From a virus, in IMG/VR virus record IMGVR_UViG_3300037502_003155, positions 1 to 64,000 of that record: a DNA stretch of 64,000 nt, one strand, 5' to 3'. The notes under the pieces were generated by a model that was not told the DNA's origin, did not search any database, and was given only the letters and a program-made list of their open reading frames with translations. Shown one piece after another: positions 19,666-28,974 of the stretch. Made by a program: the position numbers and the translations under genes. Within the stretch, counting starts at the first letter, position 1. Each line of letters begins with the position of its first letter.

Positions 19666-20133
19666 TTAACGACGCTTGACGGGCCGGGGCTTGCCACTGG
19701 GGAGCGACTTGAACTCAGCCCCGACCCATTGGCCGAGTTCGTCCAGCACCCACTGAGGGATCGGGATAGGTTCCCCTTTGTAGGCCGCTTTTGTGCGACC
19801 CAAGGCAGGGTTCCGGCGGCGGATAAATCCGCGCTCCAGAGTTTTTTGGGTTTTGTCCTCAATGACCGCGACCATTTTCGCGGGTACGCGAAAATCTTTG
19901 TAAACATTTTCGTCAATAGACCATCTTTTCATGTCAATAAACAACCCGTCTTTGATTACCCGGGTTTTTACTTGGTCTACTTCAACCAGATCGGTTTTTT
20001 TGCCGATCCGGATAAAAGTTTCCCAGTCCTCTCGACTAGGAACGACGGTGCCCTCAGCAAAGAACCATTCTGGGCCCCCATCCGAGGTTCCAGGCATAAA
20101 CCCCCGGTAATGTCTCAACGCATCAGTTGCCAT
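19666..20133 (-). CDS. hypothetical protein (candidate anti-defence)
   Basis: preceded by the repeated 58-bp leader; same operon as csx3. Confidence 0.65.
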   Translation of the reverse strand: MATDALRHYRGFMPGTSDGGPEWFFAEGTVVPSREDWETFIRIGKKTDLVEVDQVKTRVIKDGLFIDMKRWSIDENVYKDFRVPAKMVAVIEDKTQKTLERGFIRRRNPALGRTKAAYKGEPIPIPQWVLDELGQWVGAEFKSLPSGKPRPVKRR

Positions 20134-20150
20134 AGTCTTATCGCCGCCCC

Positions 20151-20779
20151 TCTTTTCGGCGCACCCTGCCCACCATGCAGGTTTCTTGGGGATAGTGTTG
20201 GTGGAATGCAGGGCTTTACCTGCTGAGCTTGAGATCGAGTGTGGCTATTCGTCCAAGGCGTCCAAGGCGTCCAAGACAATGTTAAACATTGCCTCAAACC
20301 GATACCACTCGGGCTCGGTCGTTGATTCGAAAGAAACGACATCTCCCGAATCGGAATCGACAAACCTCAGCAGCCAGTCCATCCACTCTGGGATAACCTG
20401 CCCGTAAGCAGGGTATCCGTGAATGGGAGCAACGGGGACGGAAACCCCGAAGACGGATTTGATGTAGCGGCGGTAGAAGTCTGGCCGCACATCGCAATGC
20501 GGGCCGTCTCCACCTCCGTAGCTGCGAGCTATGCCGAGAGCGGCATAGCCTACAATCACCTCCATCTCGTCGATGGAGTCACACCCTTCGTACTGAAGGA
20601 TGTGAACTTCCTCCCATTGGGAGGTGGAAGGGTCTTCCATGTAAGAGCGTTCGGTGCGCTCTTCAGAGACCACGCTGAAATACTGGTCTTGGCTCAAACG
20701 ACTGTTGTACGCAGGCATAATCTTTTCGGCGTACCCTGCCCACCATGCAGGTTTACTTGGGGATTTAGTTGGTGGAATG
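20151..20779. repeat. 58/59-bp direct repeat (20151-20208, 20721-20779) preceding consecutive genes
   Basis: TCTTTTCGGCGYACCCTGCCCACCATGCAGGTTT..TTGGGGAT..GTTGGTGGAATG in both copies. Confidence 0.9.
20245..20718 (-). CDS. acidic hypothetical protein (candidate anti-defence)
   Basis: D/E-rich 157-aa ORF, first gene after a strong promoter. Confidence 0.65.
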   Translation of the reverse strand: MPAYNSRLSQDQYFSVVSEERTERSYMEDPSTSQWEEVHILQYEGCDSIDEMEVIVGYAALGIARSYGGGDGPHCDVRPDFYRRYIKSVFGVSVPVAPIHGYPAYGQVIPEWMDWLLRFVDSDSGDVVSFESTTEPEWYRFEAMFNIVLDALDALDE

Positions 20780-20867
20780 GGGCACCGTGCAACTGCTGCA
20801 CTTTTGGCCGCTTGCTAGGGTTGTCGTGGCTGCTCCACCGTGCCCGGTTGCAGTAGCGCCCCTCTCG

Positions 20868-20954
20868 TGAACGCTAGCGGGACTCGAACCCACCATTTAA
20901 CTTGCCTAGGGCTGACATCCTGAGAACCCTGCCTTGCGGGCTGGTTCAGTGCCC
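20868..20954 (-). ncRNA. tRNA-like structured RNA (not a canonical tRNA)
   Basis: T-arm GTGGG-TTCGAGT-CCCGC, imperfect closing stem GGGCACTG/TAGCGTTC, GCAA-capped hairpin; begins just after a promoter. Confidence 0.4.
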
Positions 20955-20963
20955 ATGAACATA

Positions 20964-20992
20964 ACTGTATACGGTTTGTTTAATGTTGTCAA
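20964..20992 (-). promoter_or_regulatory. strong sigma70-type early promoter
   Basis: TTGACA-N17-TACAGT. Confidence 0.75.
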
Positions 20993-20999
20993 CGCCTTT

Positions 21000-22751
21000 T
21001 TATAAATCCAGTAGCAGGTGCCCCACATCATTTGGAATCTGGTATCGTGCTGGGCTACCCCCATCGCTCACCACAAAGCCGTCATCGGTGGCCATGCGGT
21101 CGAGGGTGAAGGCTACCTGGTCAGTGGTCAGTTTTTTGAGAGCTGTGGATTGTTGCCGGATCTCTGAGGCCAGCATGGGGGCGTTGGCCTTGTGCTCCAG
21201 GATGGCAAGAATGAGTTGCTTAACCTCGCTCATGGTTTCGGGGGTTACGGCCACCGCAACCTCAGGGAAAGTCCCCAATGTGTTGAGCGTGGGAATCTCA
21301 AGCTCTGGCGTTTGCCCCACGAACAACCGTGACGCATGAACGGCAAACGTGCGGTTCACTGCTGACTGACGACGTAGGGCAGTGTGATAGGTTTGAGCCG
21401 ATTCGCGCTCAGACTTTGCGCGGATCAGTGCATCGTCCGTGAGCACGTTGTCGATGGTTTTGGCGTTGCCCTCCATGGGCTTGCCTTCGTGGTCTTTGGT
21501 CGTTTTGCAGCCCAAAGCTAGGGTGCAAATGTTGTCGCGCAATCCGCTGGATAACGTGTTTTTGCCAGGGGAAAAGCTGATGTCTCCGAGCAAATGGCTT
21601 TGGTTTACCAAAATCATGTGCATATTTAGCTCACGGCCCGCCACGATAAGATCAAGAAAAACGGTGGTGATTAGCTTTTGCTCATCCTTCTCAAGCCAAG
21701 CCAGCTTGCCTTTGGCTAACATCCACTCATCGAAGACAAACCAGAGATGTTTTCCCACGGGTTGCCCTTGATTCAGCCGTCCTTTGCGCTTCGTTAGCTC
21801 AGTATTGATCTGGTTAAACAATTTCAGGTAATCGTTATCCGACTGCATAAACCGAGCGGCGGGCTTAAGGTTTGCCCAGTCAGATCCTTTAGGGTCAGCA
21901 ATGGTGATAAGGTGCCCCTGGTTGGCCAGATGGGTACAGAGATTCCGCAGCACCCAGGTTTTTCCGCTACCTGTAGTAGCAGCGATCAGAATGTGTATTT
22001 GGCTAGCCAGGTAGGGAACAAAGGCTTGTGGCAATTCGGCGGGTTGCCAGCCAGTAGATTCAGCTTCCATCGGGGGCGCTACAGCCTCTATGTGTTCCCA
22101 CGGCTCCGTCACCATGTCAGGGGTGCCCTGGGGGGCTTCTATGGGCTGGGTCGGCTGGTCAGTTCCTTCAACAGCCGAGGATGATTCTTGAGGCGAGGAT
22201 GATTCTTGAGGCTTCTGAAGCCATTGGAACGGGCCTAGTTCAGTCGGCACGCCCTTAGGCTCAATCCCCCAATCCTCTAGCAGTTGCTCTAGCCGTTGAA
22301 TGGGCAGCATGACGTTAGTGGGGTCGCTAGGGTCAATCCAGCAATAGACCTCTCCATATTTGGCCAAGGGGTGCTTGTCCTTGGGGCTAAACTCAATCCA
22401 GCCTGTATGGCCGAGCATCCCTTCAATGGCTCGGTTGATGGCGGCTACGTCGTAGCGTTTTTTAAGTTGTGCGCGAAGATCGTTGATGCTGGGATGCTTT
22501 GGGGTAGAGGCGCTCAAGATTTCCTGCAATTCATCCCCCTCTTCCTTAGGGCGAAACTTTTTGATTTCGTCCAAAAAATAAGCCCCCATACCAACAACCG
22601 CCGCAACACTGGCAATGGGCAGTGTTGCGGCGGTTGTATATAAAACAACGATACCCCCACCCACAACGATTGCCCTTTCTAGCAGCCCGCCGCTAGCTGG
22701 TTTAATGAGCGCGGGCTGTTTCTTTTTCGGGCTGATGGTGGTCAGGGTCAT
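21000..22751 (-). CDS. FtsK/TraB/VirD4-like membrane-anchored ATPase with C-terminal winged helix
   Basis: two N-terminal TM helices, Walker A AATTGSGKT, DPKG, Walker B FVFDE, GRELNMHMILVNQS, terminal wHTH-like segment. Confidence 0.8.
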   Translation of the reverse strand: MTLTTISPKKKQPALIKPASGGLLERAIVVGGGIVVLYTTAATLPIASVAAVVGMGAYFLDEIKKFRPKEEGDELQEILSASTPKHPSINDLRAQLKKRYDVAAINRAIEGMLGHTGWIEFSPKDKHPLAKYGEVYCWIDPSDPTNVMLPIQRLEQLLEDWGIEPKGVPTELGPFQWLQKPQESSSPQESSSAVEGTDQPTQPIEAPQGTPDMVTEPWEHIEAVAPPMEAESTGWQPAELPQAFVPYLASQIHILIAATTGSGKTWVLRNLCTHLANQGHLITIADPKGSDWANLKPAARFMQSDNDYLKLFNQINTELTKRKGRLNQGQPVGKHLWFVFDEWMLAKGKLAWLEKDEQKLITTVFLDLIVAGRELNMHMILVNQSHLLGDISFSPGKNTLSSGLRDNICTLALGCKTTKDHEGKPMEGNAKTIDNVLTDDALIRAKSERESAQTYHTALRRQSAVNRTFAVHASRLFVGQTPELEIPTLNTLGTFPEVAVAVTPETMSEVKQLILAILEHKANAPMLASEIRQQSTALKKLTTDQVAFTLDRMATDDGFVVSDGGSPARYQIPNDVGHLLLDL

Positions 22752-22757
22752 GGCTGA

Positions 22758-23414
22758 TTACTCTCCATACTTTCTCATGTTTGATTTTTTGCCCCCGCCG
22801 AACACCCCGGCAAAGGCGAAGGTGGCACCGATCAACGCATCGAGGGCGAGGCTATCAACCAAGGCCGCAGTCATTGAGGCTTCACCCCCACGGGCTACCC
22901 ACACGATCCAGGCTTCCACCACAAAGGCGGCAACAGAAAACAGAAGGATCGTCCGCAGTTGCTCGGCACTGAGTTTGTTGTGGCGGTCTACCAGGCGTTT
23001 AATTTCGCCGCTGTCGTTGGACTCAGCCGCCAACAGATTGCGGTTGCGTTGCTGCCCTCGCAGGTGGCTAATCATGCCCTCGATGACTCTGGGGTGAAAG
23101 TAGAGGCCAGTAGGGAGGGATTGCAGAATGGTGAGGACAATCAACACCACCACAGGGAGCAGTCCCACGAGGACGGACGCTGTTAGGTTGCAGAACCCCC
23201 GCAAGAATCCCCCTATCAATGGGGCGGCAACGAACTGGACGCATACCCCACTGATACGGCTTATCCCCCAGCTAGCAAAGGCCGCTTGGTATAAGCCCAG
23301 GGCACGGTAGAGAAGGAACGTCCCCACCATGCCAGAGGCAACGTAGACGGGCCATTTGACCCACGAAAGGCCCACTTGCTTGCGAGGTGCGGCACTCTTG
23401 AATTCTTGAGTCAT
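22758..23414 (-). CDS. multi-pass membrane protein
   Basis: 4-5 hydrophobic segments; ATG at 23414 likely. Confidence 0.7.
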   Translation of the reverse strand: MTQEFKSAAPRKQVGLSWVKWPVYVASGMVGTFLLYRALGLYQAAFASWGISRISGVCVQFVAAPLIGGFLRGFCNLTASVLVGLLPVVVLIVLTILQSLPTGLYFHPRVIEGMISHLRGQQRNRNLLAAESNDSGEIKRLVDRHNKLSAEQLRTILLFSVAAFVVEAWIVWVARGGEASMTAALVDSLALDALIGATFAFAGVFGGGKKSNMRKYGE

Positions 23415-23418
23415 GCCC

Positions 23419-23889
23419 TTACTGCTCCTGGCTGATTTGATAAACAATCTGGGCGCGTTGCTGCATCGCCTGGGCTTCCAGGGCAAAACCACCAGCCACT
23501 AGCGCCTCTCTGATTCGGGGGCTGGTGCCAATATGCTCAACGATCTGGCCAGACTCCACCCGGAATAAACTCCCGTCGCTGCTGCACACATAGCCTCCCT
23601 GGATAGGCGTGCCTTGGGGGTAGAGCGTCGTCACGCTCATAGGGTCGATGGGAACATCGCCAACAGCAAAGTTGGTCGTCTGGGTTTCACGATTGATCGC
23701 CTGAGCAATGCAGCTTTGCTCTACGAAAATGTTTTCAGCCCGTAGCTGGGCTTTGGCTCCGGCCTCATCAGACTGGCTTGCCTGAACCTGGGCACGGAAC
23801 CGCTCAGCCCCTCCTAGGTACAAGCTCCCGCCAATCACGCCAGCGCAGGCCAGCAAAATAAACGTCGTCTTGTGATCATCTAGCTCCAT
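23419..23889 (-). CDS. single-pass membrane/periplasmic protein
   Basis: ATG at 23889 with GGAGG SD; N-terminal TM FILLACAGVIGGSLYL. Confidence 0.7.
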   Translation of the reverse strand: MELDDHKTTFILLACAGVIGGSLYLGGAERFRAQVQASQSDEAGAKAQLRAENIFVEQSCIAQAINRETQTTNFAVGDVPIDPMSVTTLYPQGTPIQGGYVCSSDGSLFRVESGQIVEHIGTSPRIREALVAGGFALEAQAMQQRAQIVYQISQEQ

Positions 23890-23933
23890 ATCTGGCCTCC
23901 CTAAAATCGTCGCGAGAATCCTCGAAAGCATTG

Positions 23934-24043
23934 ATCTAAGGCCATCTAAGGGGTATCTGGTAGTATCTGGCAGAGCATCTAGCGAGGGCCGTTTTAGATA
24001 CCCCTTAGATGCCTCCGAGATGGCCCGCCAGATAGCCCTAGAT
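23934..24043. repeat. symmetric helically phased ATCT/AGAT array with a 16-bp inverted repeat
   Basis: ATCT at 23934, 23944, 23955, 23965, 23977; AGAT at 23996, 24007, 24018, 24030, 24040; CATCTAAGGGGTATCT / AGATACCCCTTAGATG. Confidence 0.85.
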
Positions 24044-24074
24044 GGGTGCGCGGCATCATCGCGCATGGCCAGAA

Positions 24075-24551
24075 TTAGCCGTGCGATGCGGTACTGCTGG
24101 CTCCGTCCGAACTTGTCAAGTAAGCCGACTGCGTCCCCTGTTGCAATGGCGCGAAGGACACTGGCTTCAAGCTCGGCGCGACGATGCCCGTCTTCGGCCC
24201 GGTCGGGTGAGCCGCTACTAGCTCCCCTACGTTCCGGGCAATTTGCCCGAAAAAAGAGCCACCTAGCAGAATGTCAGCAAGCATCACACTGCTGTCATTT
24301 ACCAATGGCTGTGCCGCCGCTTGGTATTCATTGCCAATCTTCTGAATAGCCTGAGCCTTGGCGGTTAGAGACTCTTGCACCTGAGTTCGGATCTGGGCAA
24401 GCTCAGCCGCCACCTGAGCCCGATATGCGGCATCTTCGCCGCCAAGAGGCGTCTTGGTGCTGCTAGCCTCCGAAGAAGTTTGCCCACTGGCTTGCGCTGT
24501 CTGGGGCTGGGCTTTGGGGTTGGCTTTGGGGTCGAATCCGTTGTTTGCCAT
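24075..24551 (-). CDS. coiled-coil protein
   Basis: AGGAG SD; Q/A-rich helical central region. Confidence 0.65.
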   Translation of the reverse strand: MANNGFDPKANPKAQPQTAQASGQTSSEASSTKTPLGGEDAAYRAQVAAELAQIRTQVQESLTAKAQAIQKIGNEYQAAAQPLVNDSSVMLADILLGGSFFGQIARNVGELVAAHPTGPKTGIVAPSLKPVSFAPLQQGTQSAYLTSSDGASSTASHG

Positions 24552-24804
24552 GATTGGGTTCTCCTAAAAACAATGAAATTTGGTCGTCGCTGTAGCCCTG
24601 GCGTTTCCACAAAGCCACCTGGGCTAATCGGTGGCATTGGCTTTCTGTTAACTCTCGGAGCCGTGACGGGATGCCTGCTAGATTGCACCATCGCCATAGG
24701 GTGGGTTCCGAGATTACCTGCCTACTTTCGGGGTATCGAATCCGCGAAAGCTCTTGCCGTGCGGTCAATCTGTCGAATGTGGCAGGCGCGTGAAAAGCTT
24801 TCAT
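24463..24804 (-). CDS. MerR/Xis-like HTH protein
   Basis: ISEPTLWRWC..AGI....LTE.Q...L; first gene of operon. Confidence 0.6.
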   Translation of the reverse strand: MKAFHAPATFDRLTARQELSRIRYPESRQVISEPTLWRWCNLAGIPSRLRELTESQCHRLAQVALWKRQGYSDDQISLFLGEPNHGKQRIRPQSQPQSPAPDSASQWANFFGG

Positions 24805-24840
24805 CAGCTTTCACCGTCCTTTCATCGGGCTTATAGAAAT

Positions 24841-24868
24841 AGCCTAGCGCTAAAATCTCCCCTGTCAA
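24841..24868 (-). promoter_or_regulatory. promoter of the ATPase operon
   Basis: TTGACA-N16-TAGGCT. Confidence 0.5.
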
Positions 24869-24939
24869 CCCCTAAGAAGGGAGGCTATAGGGGTAAAATA
24901 TGGCGAGTGCCAATGTGTCGTAATTTGGAGAGAACGATT

Positions 24940-25194
24940 ATGGAGAGTCCCATGGCCCCTCGAAGTGCCCAGCCAAACTTGCAGGAGATTAAGATCAACG
25001 TCCCGTCTGAGTTGCTAGCTGATGCGCTGGAAATGTTTGAGGCCATGGGACTGAAGCCAGGGGACGCCCACCGGGACGCATGGATCGAGGGCGTTCAGGC
25101 CATGGCGGAAAAGTACAACAAAGTTTTGGTTAACAAGCGCCTGCGGCGACGGCTGGCACAAGGGGATGTTTCTAATAGCCATGAGGAAAACTAA
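24940..25194 (+). CDS. RHH-like regulator divergent from the ATPase operon
   Basis: EIKINVPSELL..A.....A.G....D pattern. Confidence 0.6.
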   Translation: MESPMAPRSAQPNLQEIKINVPSELLADALEMFEAMGLKPGDAHRDAWIEGVQAMAEKYNKVLVNKRLRRRLAQGDVSNSHEEN

Positions 25195-25275
25195 CCATGC
25201 CCGACAAGAAACCCAAGCCCAAGACCTACACACCCGATTGGCATGTAGACACCAACCCACAGGAGAACACCGACT

Positions 25276-25593
25276 ATGGCAACCAGCACAGCCCTAAGTC
25301 CGACCCGCATGGTTGGGATGCCCCACCAGCTTGAGCTAGAACTCGTCACCATTGGCAGTCAGCCGACCGCACACAACACCCCTTGCGGTGTAGCCCTAGG
25401 CACCGCCACTCACCCCCGAACTATCCCAGGGCTAGACGCTGACCTATGCCGTTGCCCTGCCTGCACCGACCGAGCCGAGGGCGGTATCTGGTGGTTCAAT
25501 TCAGCCATGCGAGAGGCTGTACTGAAGCGACGTACAGCGTTTCGGTTTCGGCTAGATGGCGGCGACCTGGCACGGGATGAAGCTGCCGCCTAG
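25276..25593 (+). CDS. hypothetical protein
   Basis: AGGAG SD; followed by a terminator hairpin. Confidence 0.55.
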   Translation: MATSTALSPTRMVGMPHQLELELVTIGSQPTAHNTPCGVALGTATHPRTIPGLDADLCRCPACTDRAEGGIWWFNSAMREAVLKRRTAFRFRLDGGDLARDEAAA

Positions 25594-25667
25594 ACCATTT
25601 TCCCGACGCCAACAAAAAGCCCTGCTATCGGTGGATGGCAGGGCTTTTGTGTGGGGTTAGGGACAAC

Positions 25668-26582
25668 CTAGTGCCAACCCAGTGAATCCATAGCGTCATC
25701 ACTGATCGGTGTAAACAGCATTTTTTCATGCCCGTTGCTGTCTTGACCGCATTGAATAGCCAAAGGGAATGTTCCGAACTCAGCAAGACCTCTAGCTAAT
25801 TGCTGGTTTTGCTCTGTCAGATATTTTCTGCATGGATAAGCGGTAACAGACAGATGACATACCCCATTTTGCTTATCAGCGTGAATCAGGCTGACAACTG
25901 GAATCACTGGTTCGCTATTGTCAAACTTTGGGTCTTGAAGAATATCCAAGATGTCGTGTCGAATTTGAGGATAAACATCGGCAACAATCAATCCAACGGC
26001 TTCCTCCTGTTGCTCTCTTGGCATTGCCCAAAATTCTTCTGGTGATTCAATGATCTTTACCCACATTTGCACCCCGCTATAGTCTTGCTCTAAACCAACC
26101 GGGTCTTTGCACTGAATGACAATGCTCTGTAGCGGCGTATTGTTTTTGATGGCGTCTCGCAAAGCCAGGGTAGGAATCATCATGGTTCCGTCAGGCGTAT
26201 CAATGAAGCTGAGCAAAGACGGTTTGCTATTGAGGATTTTTCTCTGCTGCTTTTTTGTCAGCACCTTCTGTAAATCAACAGAAGCAAAGCCTTTAGGCTT
26301 CTTCCTGGATTTTTTGGTTTGCTTTATGTTGTGGTTCCCCACCAATAGGGCAACATGATCCAAGACAGGGCGGCACAATTCAAACCATTCCCCTTCTAAT
26401 CGATGATGTGCCAATTCAGAATGAATACGGCTTTCTACTTCAACCCCACCGGGGATAAAGCCTAAGAGCCTTAGTTTGCGAGGGTTAGCGGTTTGCAAAG
26501 CCCTCAGCCTTTTTTCTGGATTTTTATCTTTGGTGTAGCCAATCTTTACGGCATCGCCGTCTTCGATGAAATAGACCGTCAT
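25668..26582 (-). CDS. GIY-YIG-like (T5orf172/MUG113) domain protein
   Basis: VYFI....VKIGYT...KRL..LQTANP...E..IH......GEWF. Confidence 0.8.
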   Translation of the reverse strand: MTVYFIEDGDAVKIGYTKDKNPEKRLRALQTANPRKLRLLGFIPGGVEVESRIHSELAHHRLEGEWFELCRPVLDHVALLVGNHNIKQTKKSRKKPKGFASVDLQKVLTKKQQRKILNSKPSLLSFIDTPDGTMMIPTLALRDAIKNNTPLQSIVIQCKDPVGLEQDYSGVQMWVKIIESPEEFWAMPREQQEEAVGLIVADVYPQIRHDILDILQDPKFDNSEPVIPVVSLIHADKQNGVCHLSVTAYPCRKYLTEQNQQLARGLAEFGTFPLAIQCGQDSNGHEKMLFTPISDDAMDSLGWH

Positions 26583-26636
26583 TGATTCTCTCCAAACAAC
26601 GATGCCCCGGTCAATGCCGGGGCTATGTGGTCTCAC

Positions 26637-27206
26637 CTAGTCTTCTAGCACTCTCTTAACCTTGCGGGCTACGTCAGAGCAAATGCCCTCACACTGATCG
26701 GCCCCCCAAGCCTGGGTATCTTCAATCGTTCGGCCCGACTTAATCTCTGCCAACGTTAGGGCGGCTAACTCCAGTTCATCAAGGCCGTCCCTAGTTGACT
26801 TTACCTTGCGCGATGCCTGAAGCTGCTTGGCTGTCTGCCCAAATAGCCCCACGTTCACCGCATTGGTGCATCGGGCATATTCATGGGGGTAAGCAACGCC
26901 GTGATTCTTGAGCGTGTCAGTAAGCTGGTATCGCGCCACCTTGCCGTCAAGGCGTGCCTTAATCTGCTTGTCTGACCAACCTAAGCGACTGTATTTGCGA
27001 ACGGCATGGTCAAGTGCTTTATCTGGGTCGGCAATGATGCCAGCAGCCCACCGCCGAAACTCAGCCCCACGCTTACCAGGGCACAGCATGAGGATTTGGT
27101 ACATCCCCTCTTCATTGGTAACGGGGGTTTCCCGTTGCCCACGACCGGGGAATTTGAAGTCCGAACAAAAGTCGCTAACCTCAGGATTCTGCTTTTCAAG
27201 TCGCTG
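26637..27206 (-). pseudogene. N-terminally truncated Bro-N/antirepressor-like gene
   Basis: frame continues upstream of the listed ATG as QRLEKQNPEVSDFCSDFKFPGRGQRETPVT until a TAG inside int sequence; no native start. Confidence 0.7.
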
Positions 27207-28272
27207 CCGCTACATGAGGGATGCTAGCCCCCTGCTCCAGCAGGTGACTGCCTAGGCTATGCCGTGCGGAGTAGGGCACTCGGTCAACGCCCGCCGCTTT
27301 GCAGATCCGTTTCCATGTGCGTTGGGAAAAATCGCAATCATTGATCGGGTTGCCCCGTGGGGTTAAAAATATCAAGTCGTCCGGCTTAGCCCCGGCGGGC
27401 CTCCGGGCGTTCAGCATCGCCACCATGTCAGCGTGCAGTGTCAGTGTCCTCACCTTGTTGGTCTTGGTGCCCTTTCTTTGCCGTGCCCAGCCAGCCGCCT
27501 TGCCATCGGGGGCTCGGGCGAGGGCTTCAGCAATGGTTGCCACACCGCGCTCTAGGTCAATGTGTCGCCACCTCAAGCCCGCTGCCTCGCTAACTCGCAG
27601 CCCCAAGTAGAACAGGGTCATTACAAAATCATGGTAGGGCTCGGTGCAGGGATCAGCCTTGGTGGCATCCAAGAAAGCCCGGATCTGCCCAGCAGTTAGC
27701 GGTGCCCGTTTTGGGTTGGGTTGGCGGCTGGCTTTGATGCGTGGCACGTCTGTCCACGGGTTGGACTCTAAGTGCCCCCGCTGCATGGCCCATTGACCAA
27801 AACTTCGCAGCCTCGATAGATTCTGGTTCGCCACAATGCCCGACTGAGAGGCCCGTAGGCGTTCGAGAAAGGCCGCTGCCTCTTTGGTGGTCACAATGTC
27901 CTTTCCCCATCGCTGTAGATGCCCTAGCAGTGGCTTATAGCTAGCGGTAATGGTTTGGCCGCTGGTGCCGTCCTCCCTGCGATGCTCGATAAATTGCTCG
28001 AACAGATCGGCGGTGGTTAGCCGGGGTGGCTCTGGCTCCGGCTCTGGCTGGGGTTTGTATTTGGCTAGCGTTGGGTCAAACTGCTCACGGGCAATATCAG
28101 CCTGAATCTCGGTGGCTAGTATCTCGGCACGATGGCGGTTGAGGGGGCTATCGGGTAGGCCAATGGCAAGCTGATACGGTCGCCCCTGGTGTGTCCACCT
28201 CAGGCGTAGCATTTCATTTCGCGTTGACACTGACACTGCCCCCCGTTTGTTACGGCGGTTTTTCCTGGGCAT
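27196..28272 (-). pseudogene. int: tyrosine integrase, C-terminally truncated
   Basis: Arm-binding N-terminus, GLRVSE, K, YSARHS present; ends at VAAAT* without LGH or catalytic Tyr. Confidence 0.85.
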
Positions 28273-28320
28273 GGTGGTTCATCTGCGTTCCTTCTCTGGT
28301 GTTCAGATCCTACCAAGGCA

Positions 28321-28920
28321 CCAGTCAGTAATTTACTGACTAACTGACAAAAGCCCAAAACCATTGAAGCGCAAAGGGTTTGGAGTTCTGTCAGCAACCC
28401 CAGTCAGTGAACTGTCAGCACCAGTCAGTAGAGCACTGACCAATAGAAATCCTTACGCAGCAAGGCTTTGAGGGGGACGAGTCAGTAAGTCAGTGAAATC
28501 CTTATATAGATATTTAAAATATCCCCCCCTAAAAGATCCCAAAAACTCTAATAGTTTTTGGCTCAACATCTCAATTTTTACTGACTTGCTGACTGGGATA
28601 CCTCAAACCCTTATATATCAAGGGTTTGCATTAGTCAGTGGCCTACTGACTTGTACTGACTGGCCTGCTGACAAATCCCCATACAAAATCTAGAAAGCTA
28701 TATACATCAATACTTTTAAGGATTATTCTATTCACTGACACTTACTGACTGGTCTACTGACAAATCCCCCTTTACTTCTCATTCCCATCACCATCAATAA
28801 ATAAATGGTTATCAGATCTATATACCTATAGCTATAGAAGGGCGTTGTATACGGTACACAATAAGGATTGATAGTGATGCCTCTGGTCAATGAGTTGGAC
28901 AGGGATTCACTGACTGACTG
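28321..28920. repeat. ACTGAC/GTCAGT iteron module A (origin-like)
   Basis: many GTCAG/CTGAC copies, CCTT-N7-AAGG dyads, AT-rich core; 36 bp identical to module B. Confidence 0.8.
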
Positions 28921-28974
28921 CCACGGCCTAGCGGGGTAGGATAAAGAGGTTGTTTACCACCCCAACCCCAACCA

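Noticed and set aside
19600-20800. CRISPR mini-array near csx3
   Set aside because: Repeats are separated by whole genes (~500 bp), not 30-40-nt spacers, and do not resemble CRISPR repeats I recognise.
20868-20954. canonical tRNA gene
   Set aside because: No recognisable D-arm or 7-nt anticodon loop; kept only as tRNA-like.
23890-24066. N-terminal extension of ORF 23419-24066
   Set aside because: A strong SD at ATG 23889 and the repeat array argue that this stretch is non-coding.
28200-28693. short ORFs within iteron module A, and antisense ORFs throughout the track
   Set aside because: Products of repeats or shadows of real genes; no SD or recognisable motifs.
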